A stretch of DNA of 64,000 bases from Nemertoderma westbladi (Eukaryota; Animalia; Xenacoelomorpha): positions 28,953-92,952 of the forward strand of contig JAUCBJ010006665.1 of NCBI GenBank assembly GCA_032718475.1, given 5' to 3'. Below, piece after piece: positions 48,228 to 62,070 of this stretch. Each line of letters starts with the position of its first letter. Position 1 is the first letter of the stretch. The notes under the pieces were generated by a model. It had not been told where the DNA came from and searched no databases. It worked only from the letters and a program-made list of their open reading frames with translations. Both the position numbers and the translations under genes were made by a program.

Positions 48228-51200
48228 TTTGATTGTGTGCGGAGTCACCCTGTGCCGGTAGCCGGTTCCATATCAGAGAACTTGAAAGTGTGCGGAGTCA
48301 CCCTGTGCCGGTAGCCGGTTCCATATCAGAGAGTTTGATTGTGTGCGGAGTCACCCTGTGCCGGTAGCCGGTTCCATATCAGAGAGTTTGATTGTGTGCG
48401 GAGTCACACTGTGCCAGTAGCCGGTTCCATATCAGAGAGTTTGATTGTGTGCGGAGTCACCCTGTGCCGGTAGCCGGTTCCATATCAGAGAGTTTGATTG
48501 TGTGCGGAGTCACCCTGTGCCGGTAGCCGGTTCCATATCAGAGAGTTTGATTCTGTGCGGAGTCACCCTGTGCTGGTAGCTGGTTCCATATCAGAGAGTT
48601 TGATTGTGTGCGGAGTCACCCTGTGCCGGTAGCCGGTTCCATATCAGAGAGTTTGATTGTGTGCGGAGTCACACTGTGCCAGTAGCCGGTTCCATATCAG
48701 AGAGTTTGATTGTTTCCGGAGTCACCCTGCGCCGGTAGCCGGTTCCATATCAGAGAGTTTGATTGTGTGCGGAGTCACCCTGTGCCGGTAGCCGGTTCCA
48801 TATCAGAGAGTTTGATTGTGTGCGGAGTCACCCTGTGCCGGTAGCCGGTTCCATATCAGAGAGTTTGATTCTGTGCGGAGTCACCCTGTGCTGGTAGCCG
48901 GTTCCATATCAGAGAGTTTGATTGTGTGCGGAGTCACCCTGTGCCGGTAGCCGGTTCCATATCAGAGAGTTTGATTCTGTGCGGAGTCACCCTGTGCTGG
49001 TAGCCGGTTCCATATCAGAGAGTTTGATTGTGTGCGGAGTCACCCTGTGCCGGTAGCCGGTTCCATATCAGAGAGTTTGATTCTGTGCGGAGCCACCCTG
49101 TGCTGGTAGCCGGTTCCATATCAGAGAGTTTGATTGTGTGCGGAGTCACCCTGTGCCGGTAGCCGGTAGCCTGTTCCATATCAGAGAGTTTGATTCTGTG
49201 CGGAGTCACCCTGTGCTGGTTGCCGGTTCCATATCAGAGAGTTTGAAAGTGTGCGGAGTCACCCTGTGCCGGTAGCCAGTTCCATATCAGAGAGTTTGAA
49301 AGTGTGCGGAGTCACCCTGTGCCAGTAGCCGGTTCCATATCAGAGAGTTTGAAAGTGTGCGGAGTCACCCTGTGCCGGTAGCCGGTTCCATATCAGAGAG
49401 TTTGATTGTGTGCGGAGTCACCCTGTGCTGGTTGCCGGTTCCATATCAGAGAGTTTGAAAGTGTGCGGAGTCACCCTGTGCCGGTAGCCAGTTCCATATC
49501 AGAGAGTTTGAAAGTGTGCGGAGTCACCCTGTGCCGGTAGCCGGTTCCATATCAGAGAGTTTGATTGTGTGCGGAGTCACCCTGTGCTGGTTGCCGGTTC
49601 CATATCAGAGAGTTTGAAAGTGTGCGGAGTCACCCTGTGCCGGTAGCCGGTTCCATATCAGAGAGTTTGATTGTGTGCGGAGTCACCCTGTGCTGGTTGC
49701 CGGTTCCATATCAGAGAGTTTGAAAGTGTGCGGAGTCACCCTGTGCTGGTAGCCGGTTCCATATCAGAGAGTTTGATTGTGTGCGGAGTCACCCTGTGCC
49801 AGTAGCCGGTTCCATATCAGAGAGTTTGATTGTGTGCGGAGTCACCCTGTGCTGGTTGCCGGTTCCATATCAGAGAGTTTGAAAGTGTGCGGAGTCACCC
49901 TGTGCCGGTAGCCGGTTCCATATCAGAGAGTTTGATTGTGTGCGGAGTCACCCTGTGCTGGTTGCCGGTTCCATATCAGAGAGTTTCATTGTGTGCGGAG
50001 TCACCCTGTGCCGGTTGCCGGTTCCATATCAGAGAGTTTGAAAGTGTGCGGAGTCACCCTGTGCCGGTAGCCAGTTCCATATCAGAGAGTTTGATTCTGT
50101 GCGGAGCCACCCTGTGCTGGTAGCCGGTTCCATATCAGAGAGTTTGATTGTGTGCGGAGTCACCCTGTGCCGGTAGCCGGTTCCATATCAGAGAGTTTGA
50201 AAGTGTGCTGAGTCACCCTGTGCCGGTAGCCGGTTCCATATCAGAGAGTTTGATTCTGTGCGGAGTCACCCTGTGCTGGTAGCCGGTTCCATATCAGAGA
50301 GTTTGAAAGTGTGCGGAGTCACCCTGTGCCGGTAGCCGGTTCCATATCAGAGAGTTTGATTCTGTGCGGAGTCATCCTGTGCCGGTAGCCGGTTCCATAT
50401 CAGAGAGTTTGATTGTGTGCGGAGTCACCCTGTGCTGGTAGCCGGTTCCATATCAGAGAGTTTGAAAGTGTGCGGAGTCACCCTGTGCCGGTAGCCGGTT
50501 CCATATCAGAGAGTTTGAAAGTGTGCGGAGTCACCCTGTGCCGGTAGCCGGTTCCATATCAGAGAGTTTGATTCTGTGCGGAGTCACCCTGTGCTGGTAG
50601 CCGGTTCCATATCAGAGAGTTTGAAAGTGTGCGGAGTCACCCTGTGCCGGTAGCCGGTTCCATATCAGAGAGTTTGATTCTGTGCGGAGTCATCCTGTGC
50701 CGGTAGCCGGTTCCATATCAGAGAGTTTGATTCTGTGCGGAGTCACCCTGTGCTGGTAGCCGGTTCCATATCAGAGAGTTTGAAAGTGTGCGGAGTCACC
50801 CTGAGCCGGTAGCCGGTTCCATATCAGAGAGTTTGATTCTGTGCGGAGTCATCCTGTGCCGGTAGCCGGTTCCATATCAGAGAGTTTGATTGTGTGCGGA
50901 GTCACCCTGTGCTGGTAGCCGGTTCCATATCAGAGAGTTTGAAAGTGTGCGGAGTCACCCTGTGCCGGTTGCCGGTTCCATATCAGAGAGTTTGAAAGTG
51001 TGCGGAGTCACCCTGTGCCGGTAGCCAGTTCCATATCAGAGAGTTTGATTCTGTGCGGAGCCACCCTGTGCTGGTAGCCGGTTCCATATCAGAGAGTTTG
51101 ATTGTGTGCGGAGTCACCCTGTGCTGGTTGCCGGTTCCATATCAGAGAGTTTGAAAGTGTGCGGAGTCACCCTGTGCTGGTAGCCGGTTCCATATCAGAG

Positions 51201-54200
51201 AGTTTGATTGTGTGCGGAGTCACCCTGTGCTGGTTGCCGGTTCCATATCAGAGAGTTTGAAAGTGTGCGGAGTCACCCTGTGCTGGTAGCCGGTTCCATA
51301 TCAGAGAGTTTGATTGTGTGCGGAGTCACCCTGTGCCAGTAGCCAGTTCCATATCAGAGAGTTTGATTGTGTGCGGAGTCACCCTGTGCTGGTTGCCGGT
51401 TCCATATCAGAGAGTTTGAAAGTGTGCGGAGTCACCCTGTGCTGGTAGCCGGTTCCATATCAGAGAGTTTGATTGTGTGCGGAGTCACCCTGTGCTGGTT
51501 GCCGGTTCCATATCAGAGAGTTTCATTGTGTGCGGAGTCACCCTGTGCCGGTTGCCGGTTCCATATCAGAGAGTTTGAAAGTGTGCGGAGTCACCCTGTG
51601 CCGGTAGCCAGTTCCATATCAGAGAGTTTGATTCTGTGCGGAGCCACCCTGTGCTGGTAGCCGGTTCCATATCAGAGAGTTTGATTGTGTGCGGAGTCAC
51701 CCTGTGCCGGTAGCCGGTTCCATATCAGAGAGTTTGAAAGTGTGCTGAGTCACCCTGTGCCGGTAGCCGGTTCCATATCAGAGAGTTTGATTCTGTGCAG
51801 AGTCACCCTGTGCTGGTAGCCGGTTCCATATCAGAGAGTTTGAAAGTGTGCGGAGTCACCCTGTGCCGGTAGCCGGTTCCATATCAGAGAGTTTGATTCT
51901 GTGCGGAGTCATCCTGTGCCGGTAGCCGGTTTCATATCAGAGAGTTTGATTGTGTGCGGAGTCACCCTGTGCTGGTAGCCGGTTCCATATCAGAGAGTTT
52001 GAAAGTGTGCGGAGTCACCCTGTGCCGGTAGCCGGTTCCATATCAGAGAGTTTGAAAGTGTGCGGAGTCACCCTGTGCCGGTAGCCGGTTCCATATCAGA
52101 GAGTTTGATTCTGTGCGGAGTCACCCTGTGCTGGTAGCCGGTTCCATATCAGAGAGTTTGAAAGTGTGCGGAGTCACCCTGTGCCGGTAGCCGGTTCCAT
52201 ATCAGAGAGTTTGATTCTGTGCGGAGTCATCCTGTGCCGGTAGCCGGTTCCATATCAGAGAGTTTGAAAGTGTGCTGAGTCACCCTGTGCCGGTAGCCGG
52301 TTCCATATCAGAGAGTTTGATTCTGTGCGGAGTCACCCTGTGCTGGTAGCCGGTTCCATATCAGAGAGTTTGAAAGTGTGCGGAGTCACCCTGAGCCGGT
52401 AGCCGGTTCCATATCAGAGAGTTTGATTCTGTGCGGAGTCATCCTGTGCCGGTAGCCGGTTCCATATCAGAGAGTTTGATTGTGTGCGGAGTCACCCTGT
52501 GCTGGTAGCCGGTTCCATATCAGAGAGTTTGAAAGTGTGCGGAGTCACCCTGTGCCGGTTGCCGGTTCCATATCAGAGAGTTTGAAAGTGTGCGGAGTCA
52601 CCCTGTGCCGGTAGCCAGTTCCATATCAGAGAGTTTGATTCTGTGCGGAGCCACCCTGTGCTGGTAGCCGGTTCCATATCAGAGAGTTTGATTGTGTGCG
52701 GAGTCACCCTGTGCCGGTAGCCGGTTCCATATCAGAGAGTTTGAAAGTGTGCGGAGTCACCCTGTGCCGGTAGCCGGTTCCATATCAGAGAGTTTGATTC
52801 TGTGCGGAGTCACCCTGTGCTGGTAGCCGGTTCCATATCAGAGAGTTTGATTCTGTGCGGAGTCACCCTGTGCTGGTAGCCGGTTCCATATCAGAGAGTT
52901 TGATTGTGTGCGGAGTCACCCTGTGCCTGTAGCCGGTAGCCGGTTCCATATCAGAGAGTTTGATTGTGTGCGGAGTCACCCTGTGCCGGTAGCCGGTTCC
53001 ATGTCAGAGAGTTTGTTTCTGTGCGGAGTCACCCTGTGCCGGTAGCTGGTTCCATATCAGAGAGTTTGAAAGTGTGCGGAGTCACCCTGTGCCGGTAGCC
53101 GGTAGCCTGTTCCATATCAGAGAGTTTGATTCTGTGCGGAGTCACCAGGTGCTGGTAGCCGGTTCCATATCAGAGAGTTTGATTGTGTGCGGAGTCAACC
53201 AGTGCCGGTAGCCGGTTCCATATCAGAGAGTTTGATTGTGTGCGGAGTCACCCTGTGCCGGTAGCCGGTTCCATATCAGAGAGTTTGATTCTGTGCGGAG
53301 TCATCCTGTGCCGGTAGCCGGTTCCATATCAGAGAGTTTGATTGTGTGCGGAGTCACCCTGTGCTGGTAGCCGGTTCCATATCAGAGAGTTTGATTGTGT
53401 GCGGAGTCACCCTGTGCCTGTAGCTGGTAGCCGGTTCCATATCAGAGAGTTTGATTGTGTGCGGAGTCACCCTGTGCCGGTAGCCGGTTCCATGTCAGAG
53501 AGTTTGTTTCTGTGCGGAGTCACCCTGTGCCGGTAGCTGGTTCCATATCAGAGAGTTTGAAAGTGTGCGGAGTCACCCTGTGCCGGTAACCGGTAGCCTG
53601 TTCCATATCAGAGAGTTTGATTCTGTGCGGAGTCACCAGGTGCTGGTAGCCGGTTCCATATCAGAGAGTTTGATTGTGTGCGGAGTCAACCAGTGCCGGT
53701 AGCCGGTTCCATATCAGAGAGTTTGATTGTGTGCGGAGTCACCCTGTGCCGGTAGCCGGTTCCATATCAGAGAGTTTGATTCTGTGCGGAGTCATCCTGT
53801 GCCGGTAGCCGGTTCCATATCAGAGAGTTTGATTGTGTGCGGAGTCACCCTGTGCTGGTAGCCGGTTCCATATCAGAGAGTTTGAAAGTGTGCGGAGTCA
53901 CCCTGTGCCAGTAGCCGGTTCCATATCAGAGAGTTTCATTGTGTGCGGAGTCACCCTGTGCCGGTTGCCGGTTCCATATCAGAGAGTTTGAAAGTGTGCG
54001 GAGTCACCCTGTGCCGGTAGCCAGTTCCATATCAGAGAGTTTGATTCTGTGCGGAGCCACCCTGTGCTGGTAGCCGGTTCCATATCAGAGAGTTTGATTG
54101 TGTGCGGAGTCACCCTGTGCCGGTAGCCGGTTCCATATCAGAGAGTTTGAAAGTGTGCGGAGTCACCCTGTGCCGGTAGCCGGTTCCATATCAGAGAGTT

Positions 54201-57085
54201 TGATTCTGTGCGGAGTCACCCTGTGCTGGTAGCCGGTTCCATATCAGAGAGTTTGAAAGTGTGCGGAGTCACCCTGTGCCGGTAGCCGGTTCCATATCAG
54301 AGAGTTTGATTCTGTGTGGAGTCATCCTGTGCCGGTAGCCGGTTCCATATCAGAGAGTTTGATTGTGTGCGGAGTCACCCTGTGCTGGTAGCCGGTTCCA
54401 TATCAGAGAGTTTGAAAGTGTGCGGAGTCACCCTGTGCCGGTAGCCGGTTCCATATCAGAGAGTTTGAAAGTGTGCGGAGTCACCCTGTGCCGGTAGCCG
54501 GTTCCATATCAGAGAGTTTGATTCTGTGCGGAGTCACCCTGTGCTGGTAGCCGGTTCCATATCAGAGAGTTTGAAAGTGTGCGGAGTCACCCTGTGCCGG
54601 TAGCCGGTTCCATATCAGAGAGTTTGATTCTGTGCGGAGTCATCCTGTGCCGGTAGCCGGTTCCATATCAGAGAGTTTGATTCTGTGCGGAGTCACCCTG
54701 TGCTGGTAGCCGGTTCCATATCAGAGAGTTTGAAAGTGCGCGGAGTCACCCTGAGCCGGTAGCCGGTTCCATATCAGAGAGTTTGATTCTGTGCGGAGTC
54801 ATCCTGTGCCGGTAGCCGGTTCCATATCAGAGAGTTTGATTGTGTGCGGAGTCACCCTGTGCTGGTAGCCGGTTCCATATCAGAGAGTTTGAAAGTGTGC
54901 GGAGTCACCCTGTGCCGGTTGCCGGTTCCATATCAGAGAGTTTGAAAGTGTGCGGAGTCACCCTGTGCCGGTAGCCAGTTCCATATCAGAGAGTTTGATT
55001 CTGTGCGGAGCCACCCTGTGCTGGTAGCCGGTTCCATATCAGAGAGTTTGATTGTGTGCGGAGTCACCCTGTGCCAGTAGCCGGTTCCATATCAGAGAGT
55101 TTGAAAGTGTGCGGAGTCACCCTGTGCCGGTAGCCGGTTCCATATCAGAGAGTTTGATTCTGTGCGGAGTCACCCTGTGCTGGTAGCCGGTTCCATATCA
55201 GAGAGTTTGATTCTGTGCGGAGTCACCCTGTGCTGGTAGCCGGTTCCATATCAGAGAGTTTGATTGTGTGCGGAGTCACCCTGTGCCTGTAGCCGGTAGC
55301 CGGTTCCATATCAGAGAGTTTGATTGTGTGCGGAGTCACCCTGTGCCGGTAGCCGGTTCCATGTCAGAGAGTTTGTTTCTGTGCGGAGTCACCCTGTGCC
55401 GGTAGCTGGTTCCATATCAGAGAGTTTGAAAGTGTGCGGAGTCACCCTGTGCCGGTATCCGGTAGCCTGTTCCATATCAGAGAGTTTGATTCTGTGCGGA
55501 GTCACCAGGTGCTGGTAGCCGGTTCCATATCAGAGAGTTTGATTGTGTGCGGAGTCAACCAGTGCCGGTAGCCGGTTCCATATCAGAGAGTTTGATTGTG
55601 TGCGGAGTCACCCTGTGCCGGTAGCCGGTTCCATATCAGAGAGTTTGATTCTGTGCGGAGTCATCCTGTGCCGGTAGCCGGTTCCATATCAGAGAGTTTG
55701 ATTGTGTGCGGAGTCACCCTGTGCTGGTAGCCGGTTCCATATCAGAGAGTTTGAAAGTGTGCGGAGTCACCCTGTGCCGGTAGCCGGTTCCATATCAGAG
55801 AGTTTCATTGTGTGCGGCGAGTCACCCTATGCTGGTAGCCGGTTCCATATCAGAGAGTTTGATTGTGTGCGGAGTCACCCTGTGCCGGTAGCCGGTTCCA
55901 TATCAGATAGTTTGATTGTGTGCGGAGTCACCCTGTGCCAGTAGCCGGTTCCATATCAGAGAGTTTGATTGTGTGCGGAGTCACCCTGTGCCGGTAGCCG
56001 GTTCCATATCAGAGAGTTTGATTGTGTGCGGAGTCACCCTGTGCCGGTAGCCGGTTCCATATCAGAGAGTTTGATTGTGTGCGGAGTCACCCTGTGCCGG
56101 TAGCCGGTTCCATATCAGAGAGTTTGATTGTGTGCGGAGTCACCCTGTGCCGGTAGCCGGTTCCATATCAGAGAGTTTGGTTGTGTGCGGAGTCACCCTG
56201 TTCTGGTAGCTGGTTCCATATCAGAGTTTGATTGTGTGCGGAGTCACCCTGTCCCGGTAGCCGGTTCCATATCAGAGAGTTTGAATGTGTGCTCAGTCAC
56301 CCTGTGCCGGTAGCCGGTTCCATATCAGAGAGTTTGATTGTGTGCGGAGTCACACTGTGCCAGTAGCCGGTTCCATATCAGAGAGTTTGATTGTGTGCGG
56401 AGTCACCCTGTGCCGGTAGCTGGTTCCATATCAGAGAGTTTGATTCTGTGCGGAGTCACCCTGTGCCGGTAGCCGGTTCCATATCAGAGAGTTTGATTCT
56501 GTGTGGAGTCACCCTGTGCCGGTAGCTGGTTCCATATCAGCGAGTTTGATTGTGTGTGGCGAGTCACCCTGTGCCGGTAGCCAGTTCCATATCAGAGAGT
56601 TTGATTGTGTGCGGAGTCACCCTGTGCCGGTAGCCAGTTCCATATCAGAGAGTTTGATTCTGTGCGGAGTCACCCTGTGCCGGTAGCCAGTTCCATATCA
56701 GAGAGTTTGATTCTGTGCGGAGTCACCCTGTGCTGGTAGCCGGTTCCATATCAGAGAGTTCGATCGTGTGCGGAGTCACCCTGTGCCGGTTGCCGGTTCC
56801 ATATCAGAGAGTTTGATTCTGTGCGGAGTCACCCTTGTGCCGGTAGCCAGTTCCATATCAGAGAGTTTGATTCTGTGCGGAGTCACCCTGTGCCAGTAGC
56901 CGGTTCCATATCAGAGAGTTTGATTCTGTGCGGAGTCACCCTGTGCTGGTAGCCGGTTCCATATCAGAGAGTTTGATTGTGTGCGGAGTCATCCTGTGCC
57001 GGTAGCCGGTTCCATATCAGAGAGTTTGATTGTGTGCGGAGTCACCCTGTGCCGGTAGCCGAGTCCATATCAGAGAGTTTGATTG
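48228..57085. repeat. 53-bp satellite, ~8.9 kb (~167 monomers), in GPCR intron 2
   Basis: Monomer gagtttgattgtgtgcggagtcaccctgtgccggtagccggttccatatcaga. Occasional 60-bp variants with duplicated gtagccg. A block recurs at 1537 bp (29 x 53). Confidence 0.98.
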
Positions 57086-57309
57086 AAGCTTGAAATAATA
57101 TTAGATTATACATGATGTATCATATCAACTCTTTAGTATTAGATAATTGATTTAATATTCACTTTAATCCTACATTCAATCCTAATAAGTGTTAGAAACT
57201 CTGAAATTTAAAAAATTAACAATATAGGCCTAGGTAAAATATGTAAAATTATTTAGTATTTAGTAATTTAATTATTTATTCATATCGGCCGAGGTTTTAA
57301 ATCACTAAC

Positions 57310-57528
57310 TGTATGTAGGGGAATCTACTCTCGGTCCCACATATCTGGTATCGGGACGCCGTGCAGGCAATGTTGTAAAGTCGGAACATATGCCGGAGCA
57401 GATAAGTATAATAATATATAATGGATATATTGAATAAAGGTAGTCTACCGGGCTACACGGATTCTCGGTCGTCATGAAAAGTGAAAGTATCTAGTGCCGG
57501 TACTGGTACCATAGTCGCTATTGCCACA
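57310..57528 (-). repeat. 3' LTR
   Basis: Direct repeat of 62071-62289; preceded on minus by a polypurine tract at 57529-57536. Confidence 0.97.
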
Positions 57529-57594
57529 CCCCCTTTCGAGCTCGGGTTAGCCGTCTGACGCAGTGCTGAGCTAAAATTCGTTCTTACTCAGATG

Positions 57595-60500
57595 TCAGAG
57601 TCGGTCGGGTGGCTGACGTAGCCGCCTCGGGTATTTGGAAACTGAAAGTTTCTCAAATTGTTGAGTTTCGATGAGGGGTTCACGCCAGAGTACGAGTTTG
57701 GGGGCTGTGGGTGTCGCGTCCGGGGTTGGTAGGCCCGTGGGTGTCTCCTGGAGGGTGGTGTCCGGAATAAGTAGGCGTCGGTTGCGGATGAGTGTGCGTC
57801 CGGAAGGCATCTGGACAGTATACTTCCGGTTTGTACCAGACTCAACGATGGTGCTGGTGCGCTCCCACCGTTTATTGGTCGGGTGTTGAACCCGGACCCT
57901 GGCGCCCACTGCGAGTGGTTCCAGGGCCTTCGCTCCGCGGTTATATTAGGCGGTCCTGGTTGATTTTAATGCTGGCGCCACTCGGTCTAGCTCCGTCCGG
58001 GTCTCCTGGGGTTTCCGAGCGAAGGCGCTGTGGTGGGCCGGAACGCGCAACCTCATAGGATGGCCGAACACGATGTCCGCTGAGGAGAAGCCACTCTCCC
58101 TGGGGCTATTTCGGAGTTCCAGGAGCCCCTCCTGAAACGCGGCGGAGGTCGTTGACCCCCCAGTCTTCTCCAGTAGGCGCTTGAGGGCCTTCACTGCTGA
58201 TTCAGGGTGCCCATTACTCTGGGGGTATTCCAGCGATGATGTGACCGGTGTGACCCCCCAGTCTTTCAGGAAGCTGGTTAGCACTGCTGCTGTGAACTGG
58301 GTTCCGCCGTCCGACCGGAAGCGGGTTGGTACCCCGTAGCGGACGAACCAGTCACGCAGGGCAGTGGTTGTCCGGGCAGCGGTGTGTGGGGCGGAGAATC
58401 TGTAGATTTCCGGCCATCCGGAATATCTGTCAGCGGTGGCGAGGAAATGTTTCCTGTCGAGTGAGAAGAAATCTCCCGAGATAACTTCAAACGGGCGAGT
58501 TGGTGGGGGCTCCGTCAGAAATGGTTCCTTGGTCTGGCTTGACCAACAGGCCAGACACACGCTGCAGGCGCCCCACGGACGTCCAGATGTCGTTGGTGAT
58601 GCCTGGCCAGTATACACACTGCCGGGCACAACATAGCGTTTTTTCCACCCCCTGGTGTGCCGCGTGTAGGCGCTCGAGGGTGGGTTTCCGGAACCCTGTG
58701 GGGACCACAATACGGTGGCCAAACAAGGCCCGGTCCCCGTCCGTAGTTAACTGGTCCCAGGCAGACCAGTATATGTTGACAGCCGGTTCCTTCCGGCCGG
58801 ATTCCGGGAAGCCCGACTCAATGGCCGCGAGTAGGGCTTTATAGTCCGGGTCGTCCCGCACTCAGGCGACTCAGGCGAGTTCCTCGAGGATGGGATCCGC
58901 GAGGTGGGCGGAGTCGGAGCCGGTTATGTCGGCGGCGGACTGGTGGGTGACTGCCCTGATGTAGATCGCCATGTCCCCATCGTCGACGATGTCATCAGGT
59001 GTGGGGTCATTGACCGGGGCGCGGGACAACGCATTGGCGATGGCGTGGTCCTTCCCCTTGGTCCACATGGTGGTAAACTGGTACGGGGCCAGTTTAGTCT
59101 TGAGGCGTTGGAGGCGGGTGTTGTCTGTGGCGTCCACCGTATACTTATCGATGATTGTGACATGCGGTTGGTGGTCGACAATCAAGTTGAAGTGGGGGAG
59201 GCTGAGCAGATACAGCCGGCACTTATGGACGGCCCATACGACGGCGAGGAGAGTTCCACCATGGCGTACCTGGACTCCATGTCAGTGGTGAACCTCGAGC
59301 CACACTCGATCAGCCTCCAGTCCTCCCCGTACTGCTGGAGGAGGGCGTATCCGAGGCCCTTCAGCCGGGAGGCGTCGGTAATGAGGCGGGTCTCCCGGGT
59401 CGTGTCGAACGGGGCGGGGACCGGTGGGGTTGTGAGCGCCAATTTAGTGACCTCGAAGGCCCGTTCGTGGTCCCCCGTCCAGGTGAAGGTCGCCTTCATA
59501 CTGAGGAGGGGGCGGAGCGGAGATATGGCGGCGGCGATGTCGCCGGAGAATGGAGCGAGTTGCTCCACGAGTCCCACGAAGCTGCGGAGGTCCGTGATGT
59601 TCCCTGGGCGGGGGAAGGCGGCGATCGCCTTCAGTTTCTCTGGGTCGGCCTTAATACCGGAGGCGCTGACGAAGTACAAAGCGAACCGAACCTCGGCCTG
59701 GGCGAACTGTACCTTCCCAGGGTGCAGCGTAATGCCATGGGTCCGGCACCGCTCCCTGAACCGGTCGACATTGGCCAGGTGCTCCTCCATGTTGTCGTTG
59801 TAGAGGAGCACGTCGTCTACAACCTTGATGAGATTGGGGAGTCCCTGGAGTGCGTCGTCGCCCCGCCGGTTAAACTCATCTCCGGACGAGATGAGACCCA
59901 TGACGCTGCGGGTGTGACGGTACCGGCCCCAGGGAGTCACGAAAGTTGTGAGGAGTTGTGACTCCTCGTCCAGGGGAACCTGCCAGTAGCCACTGGCGGC
60001 GTCAAACACCGAGAAAACTTGGGCGGTGGAAGAAACTCCGGCCACCACCGACTGTGGACTCGGGGTGGGATAGTAGGGACGTCGCACCTGCGAGTTTAAG
60101 TGGCGGAGGTCAACGCAAAGTCGAGGTTTACCCCCCGGTTTCCTCGCCACTGTCATCGGGTGGGCCCAGTCTGTTGGCTCATCGACCCGGGCGATGACTT
60201 CCCTCCGTTCCAGGTTGACGAGGAGATCCTTTACCTCGTCCCGCATCGCGAACGGGATGGGTTGCGCGCCGTTGACGTGGAACGGCGTCACCCCGTCTTT
60301 CAGCAGGATGTGCATGGGCGGGTCGTGCATCATCGGGAGTGGGGCGGAGTCGTCGTCGAAGACGTCGTCGAACTCGTGGAGGTAGTCGTCCCGGGAGCGG
60401 GTCGCCGGGGATGGAGCGACAGAGGCGATGGTTCCTCGGCTGCGGAGGGGAGCCGGGAAGTTCCGCGGGAGGATGTCGAGGTCCTGGATGGTCCTCTTGG

Positions 60501-61972
60501 AGAGGATTAAACCGGGAGATAACCAGTTCGGTGATCGCCTTCACCCCGAAGTATTCGACCTCCACCGGGAACCACGCCACGGCCGCCATGGGGAGCCGGT
60601 TCGCCGCCTCGAACTTGTCGTCTTCCCGCAGCGGGAGGAGGTCGGCACGGCGACCCCCGAGTCGGAGGAAGAGTTTCTCGTTGAGGACGGAGGCGGCCGC
60701 TCCGCTATCCGGGAGGGAGTGGCGGGCCCGTCCCATAAACCAGTTGGTCCTCGAGTTTGTTACATCGACAGAGATGTAGTTGAGGTCGCAGCTGGTCCAG
60801 TCTTTGTCCGAGCTGCGGATGCTCCGTTGTCGGAACATCGTCGAAACCTTCGACGATTTGGGTGCGGATTTGGACCGGCACACCGACTTGCCGCAGGCGT
60901 GGCATGTGATACCCTTGGCAGGGCAGTCCTTCCCCTTGTCGTGGGTTCGCCCACAGTTGCCGCAACTGTTGGATGCGTTGGTTCGACGGGAAGGGTCGGG
61001 GGACGAGTAGCGAGAACCCGCCAGGGTGCGTGAGGCCGCCGGAGATCGGGAAACCGAGCGCTCGCGTTTGTAGGAGGAGAGTTTGTTGATCGATTTCCCG
61101 CTCGCCATAATGGAGTCGTTCCTCTCGCTGGCCTCCACACTCTGCGCGATCCGCACGCAGTCCTCGAGGGTCGGCTGCGGGAGCACCTTGAGCAGCTCGG
61201 TGCGGGTCTCCGAGCACCGCACACCCACGAGGACTTGGGTAACGATCTGCCGGTCCCGGCAGTGGCCGCAGAGTTCGGTGGTGTCCGCGAGGTCCTCCAG
61301 GGCCACCCTGAAGGAGTCGAACCCCTCGTTCCCACCTTGGCGGCACTCGTGAAACTTGATCGCGTCGATTGCGATGCTCCGTTTGGCGCGGAGGTGGGCC
61401 TGGAGAGCGTCATCGAGGATCGTCTCCGGGGTCGTCTCGTCCGAGTCGATGTCAACCTGGAGGGTGATGCGGATGGTCTCCTGGAGGTCGATGCCCAGGC
61501 CGGTGACAAGAGCGTAAACCTGCTCCACCCTGGGGAACGTGGTGACCTGCTGCCAGTGGGCATGGACCCTCCACGCCTGTCTCCACCAGCGGAACGAGGA
61601 GAAGTCGACGTCCTCGTCGTCCATGGCGGAGATGTCGATAACCCGGCATCGTGGAGCTGGGTTCGTAGCGGCCTCCGCGTACGTGGGTTGGGACGCCGGC
61701 GGTCGTGGTGCGGCGGCCGCCGCCACGCCGGGTTGTAAAGCCGCAAGGAGTAGGTGGTCGTCCGCAGCCTCCTGGCGACGGTTGGCGTCTTCCTGCTGTT
61801 GCGCCAGCAGCTGAGCCATAGCAGTCTGTTGTTGGGCGAGAATACGCGCGAGGTCGTCCATCTGGATAGGAGTGCAACTGCCGCCTCGGGCTTCTATAGT
61901 TTTGTCGCCGTCGCTGCTGTCCGCCGTGGGCGGTGACGTGGGTATTTGCTTCCCTTTAGATTTAGGCAGCAT
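57595..61972 (-). pseudogene. gag-pol of the Gypsy element, broken by several frameshifts and stops
   Basis: Domains are split across six ORF-track fragments in different frames (60179-61972, 59182-60333, 58871-59185, 58487-58861, 57946-58722, 57595-57909). Confidence 0.9.
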
Positions 61973-62070
61973 GGGCCCAAATTATCAAATACGTAGGAAA
62001 CAAACTGGTAGTGTTGGAGATCCCGTAGAGGTTCCTCCCTATCACAGGTGAAAGTTAATTCACTGCGCCA

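Noticed and set aside
48228-57085. Satellite translations resembling an FN3 strand (LSDMEPATGYRHRV) or a LINE RT stretch (GSISESLKVCGV)
   Set aside because: The two readings are on opposite strands, both are short, and neither continues into the flanks.
57671-61936. Many plus-strand and off-frame ORFs in the Gypsy element
   Set aside because: Shadow ORFs of GC-rich gag-pol with no domain motifs.
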